From the NCBI GenBank assembly GCA_020629155.1, contig JAHDDW010000006.1:48403-112402 (forward strand): 64,000 nt of DNA, in the 5' to 3' direction. Each line of letters begins with the position of its first letter. The first letter of the stretch is position 1. Under the pieces are notes generated by a model. That model was given only the letters and a program-made list of their open reading frames with translations. It had not been told where the DNA came from and did no database searches. This document shows, one piece after another, positions 8,386 through 16,599 of this stretch. Source of the stretch: Acidimicrobiales bacterium (GTDB taxonomy: Bacteria; Actinomycetota; Acidimicrobiia; Acidimicrobiales; SZUA-35). A program made the translations under genes and the position numbers.

Positions 8386-8994
8386 GTGGCTAGAGCATTA
8401 ACATTTATTGATGATGATGACACATTTGAAGTGGCGGTCGAAAAAGTTGACCGAAAAAAAGTCTATGGCTGGGTTGACCGTAAACCTGTTGACCGTGAAG
8501 GTAACAGTTGTTTCCTTGGGTCTGTTTCGGCAGATGGTTTACATATCTTCAGCCGCGAATCATTTGAAATGGGCCATGTTGATTCGCAAGGGCGTTGGGT
8601 CGAAAAAAGCGAATTGCAAGCAGTTGACAGCGACGGCGAAGCGTTAGAAAAAGAAGAGTCGTCTTTTAAACAGCAGCTAAAACTAGAAGAAACAGTCTCG
8701 ATTGATTTTTATCTTGACCATATTGTCAAGTCCGTGTACGAAATAGCAGAGCCAGGGGAGTTGCTTGCAAAAGTTCAAGCAAGCGAAGCGATCTTTACGT
8801 TTCCTTTTAACTACACGGCCTCATATGAGCCGTCGCCTGCGTTTCTTATAGAAAATGACGGCACGCTATTTATGGTTGTCGGTCAACCCGCTGGTTTTGA
8901 ATTTATAAGCAAACCAGAAGTAGAGAATGTAGTTCTGTTCGACGAAGAGGACGAAGAAAGCGCTGCAGATGATCTTGACTTCAGCATGATGTAG
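8386..8994 (+). CDS. acidic hypothetical protein with an acidic C-terminal tail
   Basis: 202 aa with no motif I recognise. It is strongly D/E-rich and ends in VVLFDEEDEESAADDLDFSMM. Its stop codon abuts repeat copy B. Confidence 0.55.
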   Translation: MARALTFIDDDDTFEVAVEKVDRKKVYGWVDRKPVDREGNSCFLGSVSADGLHIFSRESFEMGHVDSQGRWVEKSELQAVDSDGEALEKEESSFKQQLKLEETVSIDFYLDHIVKSVYEIAEPGELLAKVQASEAIFTFPFNYTASYEPSPAFLIENDGTLFMVVGQPAGFEFISKPEVENVVLFDEEDEESAADDLDFSMM

Positions 8995-9061
8995 GGGCAT
9001 CTCTGCGAGATTGTAGATGCCCCTGGTTTATCCGCTCCGCTTGGGCCGTTCCACGGAGGTT
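8994..9061 (+). repeat. copy B of the recurrent intergenic element (hairpin plus box plus GGAGG module)
   Basis: GGGGCATCT-ctgcgagattgt-AGATGCCCC is a perfect 9-bp stem (8994-9023). It is followed by TTTATCCGCTCCGCTTGGGCCGTTCCACGGAGGTT (9027-9061). The element starts at the last base of the TAG stop of 8386-8994. Confidence 0.75.
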
Positions 9062-9125
9062 GGGCTTGCGCCTGTTAAGGCAAGTTCCTAAAAATCGATT
9101 AGTGAAATTTCTATGAAAGAAAAGT

Positions 9126-9833
9126 ATGAAAACAATAAATATTGCTGATAGTCAGAATCGTAATTCGACAGTGGTTTTGACACCAAAAAAAGCGGTGGCA
9201 CGTTTGGCGTATGCAACGAAAGAAGCTGAACCTGTGCAGTCTGTGCGTGTTGTGAAAAACACCTTAGATACTGATTTTGCTACCTTAACAAAAGAAACTT
9301 CAGCCGAAGAACTTTCACAACTTCTTGTCGACGGTGACCCTGAAATAGATTTTGAACTTTTTGGGAAACAAATCCAGAAGACCAATCGTATCTATTTAGG
9401 AGCAGACAACGAGCCAGCGCATGGTGTGCTTATCGAAGAAGAAGTCTTCGCAGCCGATGGCGAACTGCAAGAAACCCGTGCCGAGAAAGTGATCGAAGCA
9501 AATGTCAACACTGATATTCCAGTGCGTTGGACAGGAAAAATGCTGCCAAAAAACAAGTTTTATAGCAAGTTTGCGTTTGTTGCGGCTTACCAAATCACCC
9601 ACGTTGACGGCCTAACCTACGACTTCTTATATTCGATGGCAAAAGAGCTAGAAGAAAAAGAATCATTCATGCTCGTTACCGCAGGCGAAAAAGGTGACAA
9701 ACCGTTGGTCTTCACTCGAAACGCAACACAATATCGTGGCCTGCTTGAAGGACGAACACAAGGCGACAGTTACCTGCTGATAATGCACCTCTCAAACTTA
9801 GAATTAAAAGCACTCGCGAAAGGCGAAGAGTAA
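9126..9833 (+). CDS. hypothetical protein translationally coupled to the ligase gene
   Basis: 235 aa with no recognisable domain. Its TAA overlaps the ATG of the next gene (TAATG at 9831-9835). Confidence 0.6.
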   Translation: MKTINIADSQNRNSTVVLTPKKAVARLAYATKEAEPVQSVRVVKNTLDTDFATLTKETSAEELSQLLVDGDPEIDFELFGKQIQKTNRIYLGADNEPAHGVLIEEEVFAADGELQETRAEKVIEANVNTDIPVRWTGKMLPKNKFYSKFAFVAAYQITHVDGLTYDFLYSMAKELEEKESFMLVTAGEKGDKPLVFTRNATQYRGLLEGRTQGDSYLLIMHLSNLELKALAKGEE

Positions 9834-11278
9834 TGTCAAAAATTGATGCAGCGAAAATGACAGCACACGCCAACGGCGTGAAAATAGGAGCAGCAGCAAT
9901 CACTGATGTTACGCTGCATGGACGCGCGAAAGAGTACAAAAAAAATATTGCGTCTCGCTATAAATTGTATTCTGAGCGAGATATACGAAGTTTCGGTGAA
10001 GAAAAGTTTTACACCTCAATCAAATACGATGGGCAGTTGCACTTTCTCTATAAAGATAGCGACGAGATCTTTTTGTTTAATCCGAACGGCAGAGTCGTGC
10101 AAGATCTTGCTTGTTTGCAAAAAGCGCAAGAAGCTCTAAGCGAAGTAGACCAAGCGTTTCTTGTTGGTGAGCTGTACGCACCGAATGACGAAGGGCGCTC
10201 GCGAGTTTATGACGTGACATCTGCTTTAGGATCGACTGCCGGTGATGTCGCAGCTAACCTAGTATTTGCAGTTTTCAACGTGCTTGAAGTTGCTGGTGAA
10301 ACCTTTCAAGGAGAACCAGCAGAGAAAGCAGTTTCTTGGTTGGAAAAGACGGTGCCAGTTGATGGACTTTTCCACCGAGTCGAGCAGGCTTTACTTGGCA
10401 AAGCAGAGATCATGTCGCTCTATAGCAAAGAGGTCATAGAGAATGGTCGTGAAGGTCTAGTTTGTGTGGCGGCAGAAACGCCAGCGATCTATAAAATAAA
10501 GCAGCGTCATAATGTGGATGCTGTTGTCGTTGGCTTCACTGAACGACCTGATGAGCCAGGCAAAATCCGTGTCCTACTTACTGCATTGCAGCGCCCTGAT
10601 GGTTCATTTCAAATATTTTCCAAAGTGGGTGGAGGTTTTAACGAAGAAGAGCGCCGCAGCGTGTTTGACAAATTGTACAAAGACGCGGTGCCTTCTGAAT
10701 ATAAAGAGGTTGATCGTAATCATACGCTTTTCACCATGGTCGAACCTAAACATGTGCTAGAAGTTTCGTTTCTAGATCTGATCACCGAAAATGGTTCTGG
10801 TAGCCCACAGATGAAAGCGGTGCTGAACTATACCGAAAACGGCTACGAGGCGTGTCTAGCGGAACGGTTTGTGACAGTGCTAGCGCCAACATTTAGCCGA
10901 TTTCGTGAAGATAAGGCAGTTAACCCGCAAGATTTACGCCTTGAACAGCTACGGGATCTTGTTGACCTTGACAACCTAGACGGTGCAGCTCGTCAGCTTG
11001 ATTTAGATGAGGCATCTGTTTGTGAACGTCAAGTCTTCACAAAAGAAACAAAAGGTTTGGTGAGTGTGCGTAAATTTGTTTCATGGAAGACAAACAAAGA
11101 GAATCTTGATGCAAGCTTTCCTCCGTATGTGTTTTGTTTCGTTGATTATAGCCCAGCGAGAAAAAGTCCTATGAAACGTGTGGTACGGACTGCGCAAACC
11201 GTTGAAGAGATTGCAGCGATTCAAGAAGATTTTGTCGAGAAAAATGTTAAAAAAGGTTGGGTTGCAGCAGACTTGTAG
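9833..11278 (+). CDS. ATP-dependent DNA ligase-like nucleotidyltransferase with a C-terminal extension
   Basis: All six ligase motifs are readable: I SIKYDGQ (KxDG), III FLVGELY, IIIa LVFAVFNVL, IV EGLVCV, V IYKIKQRHNVDAVVVGF, VI FSRFREDK. An unassigned tail of roughly 100 aa follows. Confidence 0.8.
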   Translation: MSKIDAAKMTAHANGVKIGAAAITDVTLHGRAKEYKKNIASRYKLYSERDIRSFGEEKFYTSIKYDGQLHFLYKDSDEIFLFNPNGRVVQDLACLQKAQEALSEVDQAFLVGELYAPNDEGRSRVYDVTSALGSTAGDVAANLVFAVFNVLEVAGETFQGEPAEKAVSWLEKTVPVDGLFHRVEQALLGKAEIMSLYSKEVIENGREGLVCVAAETPAIYKIKQRHNVDAVVVGFTERPDEPGKIRVLLTALQRPDGSFQIFSKVGGGFNEEERRSVFDKLYKDAVPSEYKEVDRNHTLFTMVEPKHVLEVSFLDLITENGSGSPQMKAVLNYTENGYEACLAERFVTVLAPTFSRFREDKAVNPQDLRLEQLRDLVDLDNLDGAARQLDLDEASVCERQVFTKETKGLVSVRKFVSWKTNKENLDASFPPYVFCFVDYSPARKSPMKRVVRTAQTVEEIAAIQEDFVEKNVKKGWVAADL

Positions 11279-11294
11279 CCACTAGGATACAACT

Positions 11295-11603
11295 ATGTTC
11301 AAGTCAAAAAGTTCGATAGAACGTAAACTTGTCTCTGTATCTGCTGAGCTTGTCAAGCTAACAGAAGAGCTGCAATTAGCAGAGCAGCAAACAAGATTTT
11401 TTGAAGAACAAAGCGAAGATGCACGTCTGCGTTCTCTTGTCTCAGAAAGCCCGTTGGCGCAAAGTGAATACAAAGATGCTCGTAAGTCGACAACCGCTGC
11501 TCGAAAGGTGAGTGACTCACTTTCTAGACGGAAAGACAAGTTGCAACAAAAACAAGACGCTTTACTCGATGAAATGGGTCGTATCGCAAGAAAAAGCTCA
11601 TAG
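11295..11603 (+). CDS. small coiled-coil protein, function unknown
   Basis: 102 aa. It is heptad-like and charged (LVKLTEELQLAEQQTRFFEEQSEDARL...RRKDKLQQKQDALLDEM). It sits tightly between the ligase gene and pdtaR. Confidence 0.5.
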   Translation: MFKSKSSIERKLVSVSAELVKLTEELQLAEQQTRFFEEQSEDARLRSLVSESPLAQSEYKDARKSTTAARKVSDSLSRRKDKLQQKQDALLDEMGRIARKSS

Positions 11604-11614
11604 ACTTGGATTTT

Positions 11615-12193
11615 ATGTCGCCCGCTAGAGTCCTTATTGCAGAAGACGAAGCCTTACTCCGTCTTGATTTGAAAGAATCGCTAATTGAGCTTGGCTACGA
11701 GGTGGTAGGCGAAGCCGAAGATGGTCTTGAAGCTGTCATGATGGCCCGAGAACTTGTGCCTGACGTGGTGATTCTCGATATTCGTATGCCGAATATGGAC
11801 GGTCTGCAAGCGACGCAAGAAATAATTGATCAACAACTTTCAGCGGTGGTAATTCTTTCTGCGTTCTCACAAAAAGATCTTATTGACCAGGCGTGTGAAG
11901 CTGGGGCTTTGGCGTATTTAGTGAAGCCGTATCAGCAGAAAGAAATTGTGCCAGCGTTAGAGCTTGCAATGAGCCGCTTTCGTGAGTTTGTGCTTTTGTC
12001 AGAAAAATCTGAGTCACTTAGCGAGCAGTTAGAGTCACGTAAGCTGGTTGATCGAGCGAAAGGCCTGCTGATGGACAAATATTCTTTGACCGAGCATCAG
12101 GCATTTCGGTTTATCCAGACAACTGCGATGGCTGGTCGTGAGTCTATGGCTGCCATCTCCCAGCAAGTGATCGACAAGAAACTAAAACCATAA
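11615..12193 (+). CDS. pdtaR: response regulator with an ANTAR RNA-binding output domain (PdtaR-like)
   Basis: The REC domain reads RVLIAEDEALLRLDL...PDVVILDIRMPNMDG. The ANTAR domain reads ESRKLVDRAKGLLMDKYSLTEHQAFRFIQTTAMAGRESM. ATG 11615 is preferred over TTG 11606. Confidence 0.85.
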   Translation: MSPARVLIAEDEALLRLDLKESLIELGYEVVGEAEDGLEAVMMARELVPDVVILDIRMPNMDGLQATQEIIDQQLSAVVILSAFSQKDLIDQACEAGALAYLVKPYQQKEIVPALELAMSRFREFVLLSEKSESLSEQLESRKLVDRAKGLLMDKYSLTEHQAFRFIQTTAMAGRESMAAISQQVIDKKLKP

Positions 12194-12241
12194 AACAGTA
12201 GAGACGCATGATTAATAGACATCGCCGCTAGGTTTGAATCT

Positions 12242-14896
12242 GTGTCTACTTTAATGCTAATCGACGGCAATTCGCTAACGTATCGAGCCTTTTATGCGCT
12301 TCCCCAAGACCTGGCAACTTCGAGTGGGCAGGTAACAAACGCAGTGCTTGGGTTTACCTCTATGCTCATCAACCTGGTTCGAGATAATCAGCCTGATGAT
12401 ATTGTTGTTGCGTTCGACCGTAAAGAACCGACATTTCGCCATAAACAGGTTGAAACCTATAAAGCGAATCGAACAGCTGCGCCCGATATCTTATATCAAC
12501 AAATGGGTCTTGTCCGTGAGCTGCTTGACGTTTTGAAAGTGAAACAGATCGATAAAGAAGGTTTTGAAGCTGACGATATTTTGGCAACGCTTGCCACACA
12601 AGCAGCAGCAAAAAAACTTGATGTGCTCGTTGTCACCGGTGATCGTGACAGTTATCAACTTGTGCAAGACCCCTATATTAAAGTGATCTATAACAAGCGT
12701 GGCGTGAGCGATTATGCACTTTACGACGAAGCAGGCATTTTAGAACGCACTGGCGTTACTCCGAACAACTATGTGCAGTATGCAGCGCTGCGTGGTGACA
12801 AGTCAGACAACTTGCCTGGCGTAACTGGCGTTGGTGAGAAAACAGCCGCCAAGCTGATTAACACCTATGGTGATGTGACAGGGATCTATGAAAACCTTGA
12901 CGATTTAACCCCAAAGTTGCGTGAAAATCTTGAAGCGGCGCAAGACGAAGTCATGGTTAATGTTGCGGTTATGGATTTGATTCGAGACGTCGAATTAGAT
13001 ATCACGATTGACCAGCTTTTTTCGCCCGAACCCTATGACAGTGACGAAGTTAAAAAGTTCTTTGACTTTCTAGAGTTTCGCAACCTTTTCGGGCGTTTAC
13101 AAGCTGCGTTTGCGCCGCAAGAAGTTGAGATTGAGCGCACAACAATTGATGTTTCTATCGTCGATATTACTGCGGCTGATGCGTTGCAGTCTTTCATCAA
13201 TGAAGCGGCGAAACCGTTAGCTATAACACAAAGTAGTGTTGAAGGGGAAGAGTATTTCTTTCTAGCTTTTCCAGGTAAAAAACAGGTTGCTGCATTGCCT
13301 TTGACGCTGTGTTCTGATGAAAAAGTAGCCACCATTTTGAACAAAACACTGCCTAATCCGAAACAAGGTGTTTTAGCGCATAAAGCAAAACCCTTGTTGA
13401 AAGAACTAAAACAGCTGATTGACACGCCGTCTTTCCTGGCCTTCGATACGTCTTTGGCTGGCTATTTGCTTGATTCTTCTAGCGACAGCGAGTATGAGTT
13501 GGAAGAACTTATCGAAAAATATACAACGTTGCAGCTGCCAGCGGAAGAAGAAACGCCTGAAGGGCAGCTGGCGTTTGATGTCAATACGAACGATGTGAAG
13601 CGAAGCCTTGGTGCGCGCGCTTGGGCAATCGCCGAGTTGTCTGTGATTTTGGCAAAACAAGTTGAAGAGCAATCGTTAACGACGTTGTTGGACGATATCG
13701 AGATTCCTTTAATCAGTGTGCTATCTCGCATGGAACTCACCGGTATCAGCGTCGATAAAAATGTTTTGTCTAGCTTAGACGCCGATATGACTGCCCAAGC
13801 AAACGACTATGCAATACAGATTTGTGTCGAAGCAGGCGAAGAATTCAACGTGAATTCGACAAAGAAACTGCAAGAAATTTTATTCACCAAACTTGGGTTA
13901 GAGCCGCAGAAAAAAACAAAAACGGGGTATTCAACGTCGCATGCGACCCTTGAAAAACTTAAAGGTGATCACCCGATTATTGATCTGCTGTTGAGCTACC
14001 GTGAGGTTGAAAAACTCCGTTCAACCTATGGTGCTGCTCTGCTCGACGCAGCGACAGAGGACAGTAAAATCCACGCAACGTTCCGTCAAACGGTAGCTCG
14101 CACTGGAAGATTATCGAGCGAGAACCCTAACTTGCATAATATTCCTGTGCGTACCGAGATAGGTAAATCGTTTCGTAAAGCGTTTGTTGCTTCGTCTGGC
14201 TGTTCGCTTTTAGTGGCTGACTATAACCAGATCGAGTTGCGCTGCATCGCCCATCTAGCGCAGGACCCTGGCCTGATCGAAGCGTTTACCGAGAAGGTCG
14301 ACATACATCGGGCGACTGCTGCGCGAATCTTTGCTGTTTCGCCTGATGAGGTGACTTCGGCGCAGCGTAATCGTGCAAAAATGGTTTCCTATGGTCTTGC
14401 TTATGGCATGGAAGCCTACGGTTTGGGGCAGCGATTGGGGATCCCTGTCAAAGAGGCGAAAGTTATTCTTGATTCGTTTTTTGAGAGCTTCCCAGCGGTG
14501 AAAGAGTATATGGATGAGACGGTGCGTAAAGCCCGCAATTGTGGTTACACCGAAACGCTTTTTGGGCGGAGGCGTCAGCTGCCCGAGTTGATGAGCGACA
14601 ACTGGAATGTGCGCCAAGCAGCTGAACGACAAGCGATGAACGCAGGCATTCAGGGCCTTGCCGCCGATATTTTTAAAGTGGCTCTTGTCCGAATTGACGC
14701 AGCATTGCAAGAGCAAAATCTGACTTCGACGCTGGTCTTGCAGGTGCACGATGAGGTAATTCTGGACGTGGTCGCTAGCGAGAAAGACCACGTCGAAAAG
14801 CTAGTAACTGAAACAATGCAGCAAGCTTTTGATATGGAAGTTCCTTTAGAAGTAAACCTCTCATTCGGCGCTACCTGGGCCGACGCGAAAGGATAA
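12242..14896 (+). CDS. polA: DNA polymerase I
   Basis: 884 aa. The 5'-nuclease region reads LMLIDGNSLTYRAFYAL and DNLPGVTGVGEKTA. The polymerase motifs are LLVADYNQIELR (A), RNRAKMVSYGLAYG (B) and QVHDEV (C). Confidence 0.95.
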   Translation: MSTLMLIDGNSLTYRAFYALPQDLATSSGQVTNAVLGFTSMLINLVRDNQPDDIVVAFDRKEPTFRHKQVETYKANRTAAPDILYQQMGLVRELLDVLKVKQIDKEGFEADDILATLATQAAAKKLDVLVVTGDRDSYQLVQDPYIKVIYNKRGVSDYALYDEAGILERTGVTPNNYVQYAALRGDKSDNLPGVTGVGEKTAAKLINTYGDVTGIYENLDDLTPKLRENLEAAQDEVMVNVAVMDLIRDVELDITIDQLFSPEPYDSDEVKKFFDFLEFRNLFGRLQAAFAPQEVEIERTTIDVSIVDITAADALQSFINEAAKPLAITQSSVEGEEYFFLAFPGKKQVAALPLTLCSDEKVATILNKTLPNPKQGVLAHKAKPLLKELKQLIDTPSFLAFDTSLAGYLLDSSSDSEYELEELIEKYTTLQLPAEEETPEGQLAFDVNTNDVKRSLGARAWAIAELSVILAKQVEEQSLTTLLDDIEIPLISVLSRMELTGISVDKNVLSSLDADMTAQANDYAIQICVEAGEEFNVNSTKKLQEILFTKLGLEPQKKTKTGYSTSHATLEKLKGDHPIIDLLLSYREVEKLRSTYGAALLDAATEDSKIHATFRQTVARTGRLSSENPNLHNIPVRTEIGKSFRKAFVASSGCSLLVADYNQIELRCIAHLAQDPGLIEAFTEKVDIHRATAARIFAVSPDEVTSAQRNRAKMVSYGLAYGMEAYGLGQRLGIPVKEAKVILDSFFESFPAVKEYMDETVRKARNCGYTETLFGRRRQLPELMSDNWNVRQAAERQAMNAGIQGLAADIFKVALVRIDAALQEQNLTSTLVLQVHDEVILDVVASEKDHVEKLVTETMQQAFDMEVPLEVNLSFGATWADAKG

Positions 14897-14977
14897 CGCC
14901 AAATAGGCGTTGTTAAGGTAAATAGCTGCTAGCCTTTACCTGTTGGGAAATTCCTAGCGTTATTCACAGATCTGTGT

Positions 14978-16474
14978 TTGCAGTGCGTGAATGATAGAGA
15001 AAGTATTGTCTATTACGTGTCCACTACTACTGAAGTAAAAGAAGAAACACCTGAGGCGCCTGCCTCAGAAGCTACACAAGAAGAATATGTTCCACGTCAA
15101 ATAACACTTAATGACCTCGAAGGGTCTTTAGAAGAAGCGTATTCGTCTACTATGGTTGTTGTTGATGATGGCCAGCTTGTTAACGGCACCGTCGTCCGGG
15201 TCGATCGAGACGAAGTCCTTGTTGATATTGGTTACAAGAGCGAAGGCGTTGTGCCTGCTCGCGAGCTTTCAATTCGTAATGATATCAACCCAGAAGAAAT
15301 TGTTTCTATTGGCGACAAGCTCGAAGCTGTTGTTATTCAGAAAGAAGATAAAGAAGGTCGTCTCCTTCTTTCTAAGAAAAAAGCCCAGTACGAACGCGCA
15401 TGGGGCGAAGTTGAGTCTGTTAAAGAACGCAACGGCATGGTTTCAGGACCTGTTATCGAAGTTGTTAAAGGTGGCCTTATCGTCGATATTGGTCTTCGTG
15501 GCTTCTTGCCAGCATCGCTTGTTGAACTCCGTCGAGTTCGTGACTTGCAGCCATATATTGGCAAAAACGTTGATTGTAAAATAATTGAGCTTGACAAAAA
15601 CCGCAATAACGTGGTTCTTTCACGTCGAGCGTACTTAGAAGAAACACAGAAAGAACAACGCGAAGACTTCCTCACCAACCTGGCTCCAGGTGAGGTAAAG
15701 AGCGGTGTTATCTCCTCTGTTGTTAACTTCGGTGCATTCGTCGATCTTGGCGGCATGGACGGTCTCGTTCACGTTTCTGAACTTTCTTGGAAGCATGTCG
15801 ATCACCCTGGTAGCGTTGTCGCTGTTGGTGATGAAGTTACCGTGCAGGTGCTTGAGGTCGATATGGACCGTGAACGCATCAGCCTGTCGTTGAAAGCAAC
15901 ACAGCAAGACCCATGGCAAGAATTTGCTTCTAGCCACCAGATGGGCGAACTTGTCTATGGCCGCGTGACTAAGCTTGTTCCGTTCGGTTCGTTTATTCAA
16001 GTTGGCGACGGCATTGAAGGTCTTGTGCACATTTCTGAAATGTCAGCGCATCACGTCGAACTTCCTGAGCAGGTTGTAACACCTGGCGAAGAGCTTTGGG
16101 TCAAGATTATCGATATTGACTTGCAGCGTCGTCGCATTAGCTTGTCTATTAAACAAGCTGCTGAAGGTGGCGTTGTTGCCCAAGAATACCAAGAGCACTT
16201 TGGCGAGCATGCCTTTGATGACGATGGTAACTACATCGGGCCAACAGAGGTTGATCCAGAAACAGAAGCTGCTTGGGCTGAATACTACGAAGAACTCGAA
16301 CGCAGCGGTGATCCGCACGCGATTCCTGAAGGTTCAACAATTACCGTAACGGGTGAAGGTTCTGAGGAAGCTGCTCCAGCTGAGCAAGCAGAAACAGAAG
16401 AAGAGCCTGTCGTTGCCGAAGCTCCAGCTGAAGAAGATGCTGCAGAATCAGCTGAAACAACGGAAGAGTCATAA
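14978..16474 (+). CDS. rpsA: 30S ribosomal protein S1
   Basis: It has repeated S1 domains (GTVVRVDRDEVLVDIGYKSEGVVP, GPVIEVVKGGLIVDIG, GVISSVVNFGAFVDLGGMDGLVHVSE, GRVTKLVPFGSFIQVGDGIEGLVHISE) and an acidic tail. The real start may be in-frame GTG 14987 or 15017. Confidence 0.92.
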   Translation: MQCVNDRESIVYYVSTTTEVKEETPEAPASEATQEEYVPRQITLNDLEGSLEEAYSSTMVVVDDGQLVNGTVVRVDRDEVLVDIGYKSEGVVPARELSIRNDINPEEIVSIGDKLEAVVIQKEDKEGRLLLSKKKAQYERAWGEVESVKERNGMVSGPVIEVVKGGLIVDIGLRGFLPASLVELRRVRDLQPYIGKNVDCKIIELDKNRNNVVLSRRAYLEETQKEQREDFLTNLAPGEVKSGVISSVVNFGAFVDLGGMDGLVHVSELSWKHVDHPGSVVAVGDEVTVQVLEVDMDRERISLSLKATQQDPWQEFASSHQMGELVYGRVTKLVPFGSFIQVGDGIEGLVHISEMSAHHVELPEQVVTPGEELWVKIIDIDLQRRRISLSIKQAAEGGVVAQEYQEHFGEHAFDDDGNYIGPTEVDPETEAAWAEYYEELERSGDPHAIPEGSTITVTGEGSEEAAPAEQAETEEEPVVAEAPAEEDAAESAETTEES

Positions 16475-16507
16475 GAAGTAACTCGAACTACTTTAAAGCA
16501 ATGTAGC

Positions 16508-16548
16508 AAAGAGGCTGGCGTCTAAAGACGCCAGCCTCTTTGGGTTTT
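16508..16548 (+). terminator. Rho-independent terminator after rpsA
   Basis: AAAGAGGCTGGCGTC-taaa-GACGCCAGCCTCTTT is a perfect 15-bp stem. It is followed by GGGTTTT. Confidence 0.85.
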
Positions 16549-16599
16549 GAGGAGAAGAAGTTTTCTTGCGTTCTGTGAGAAATCATATAAACTGTACGT

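Noticed and set aside
14255-14791. 178-aa reverse-strand ORF inside polA (and similar long antisense ORFs at 4006-4476, 28155-28655, 29846-30301 and 57232-57780)
   Set aside because: Each is fully embedded antisense in a gene with strong family motifs and shows skewed R/S/L/C-rich composition. None has a ribosome-binding site or family motif.
14895-14911. AACGCC-aaata-GGCGTT hairpin overlapping the polA stop codon
   Set aside because: It has only a 6-bp stem and no U-tract, which is insufficient for a terminator call.
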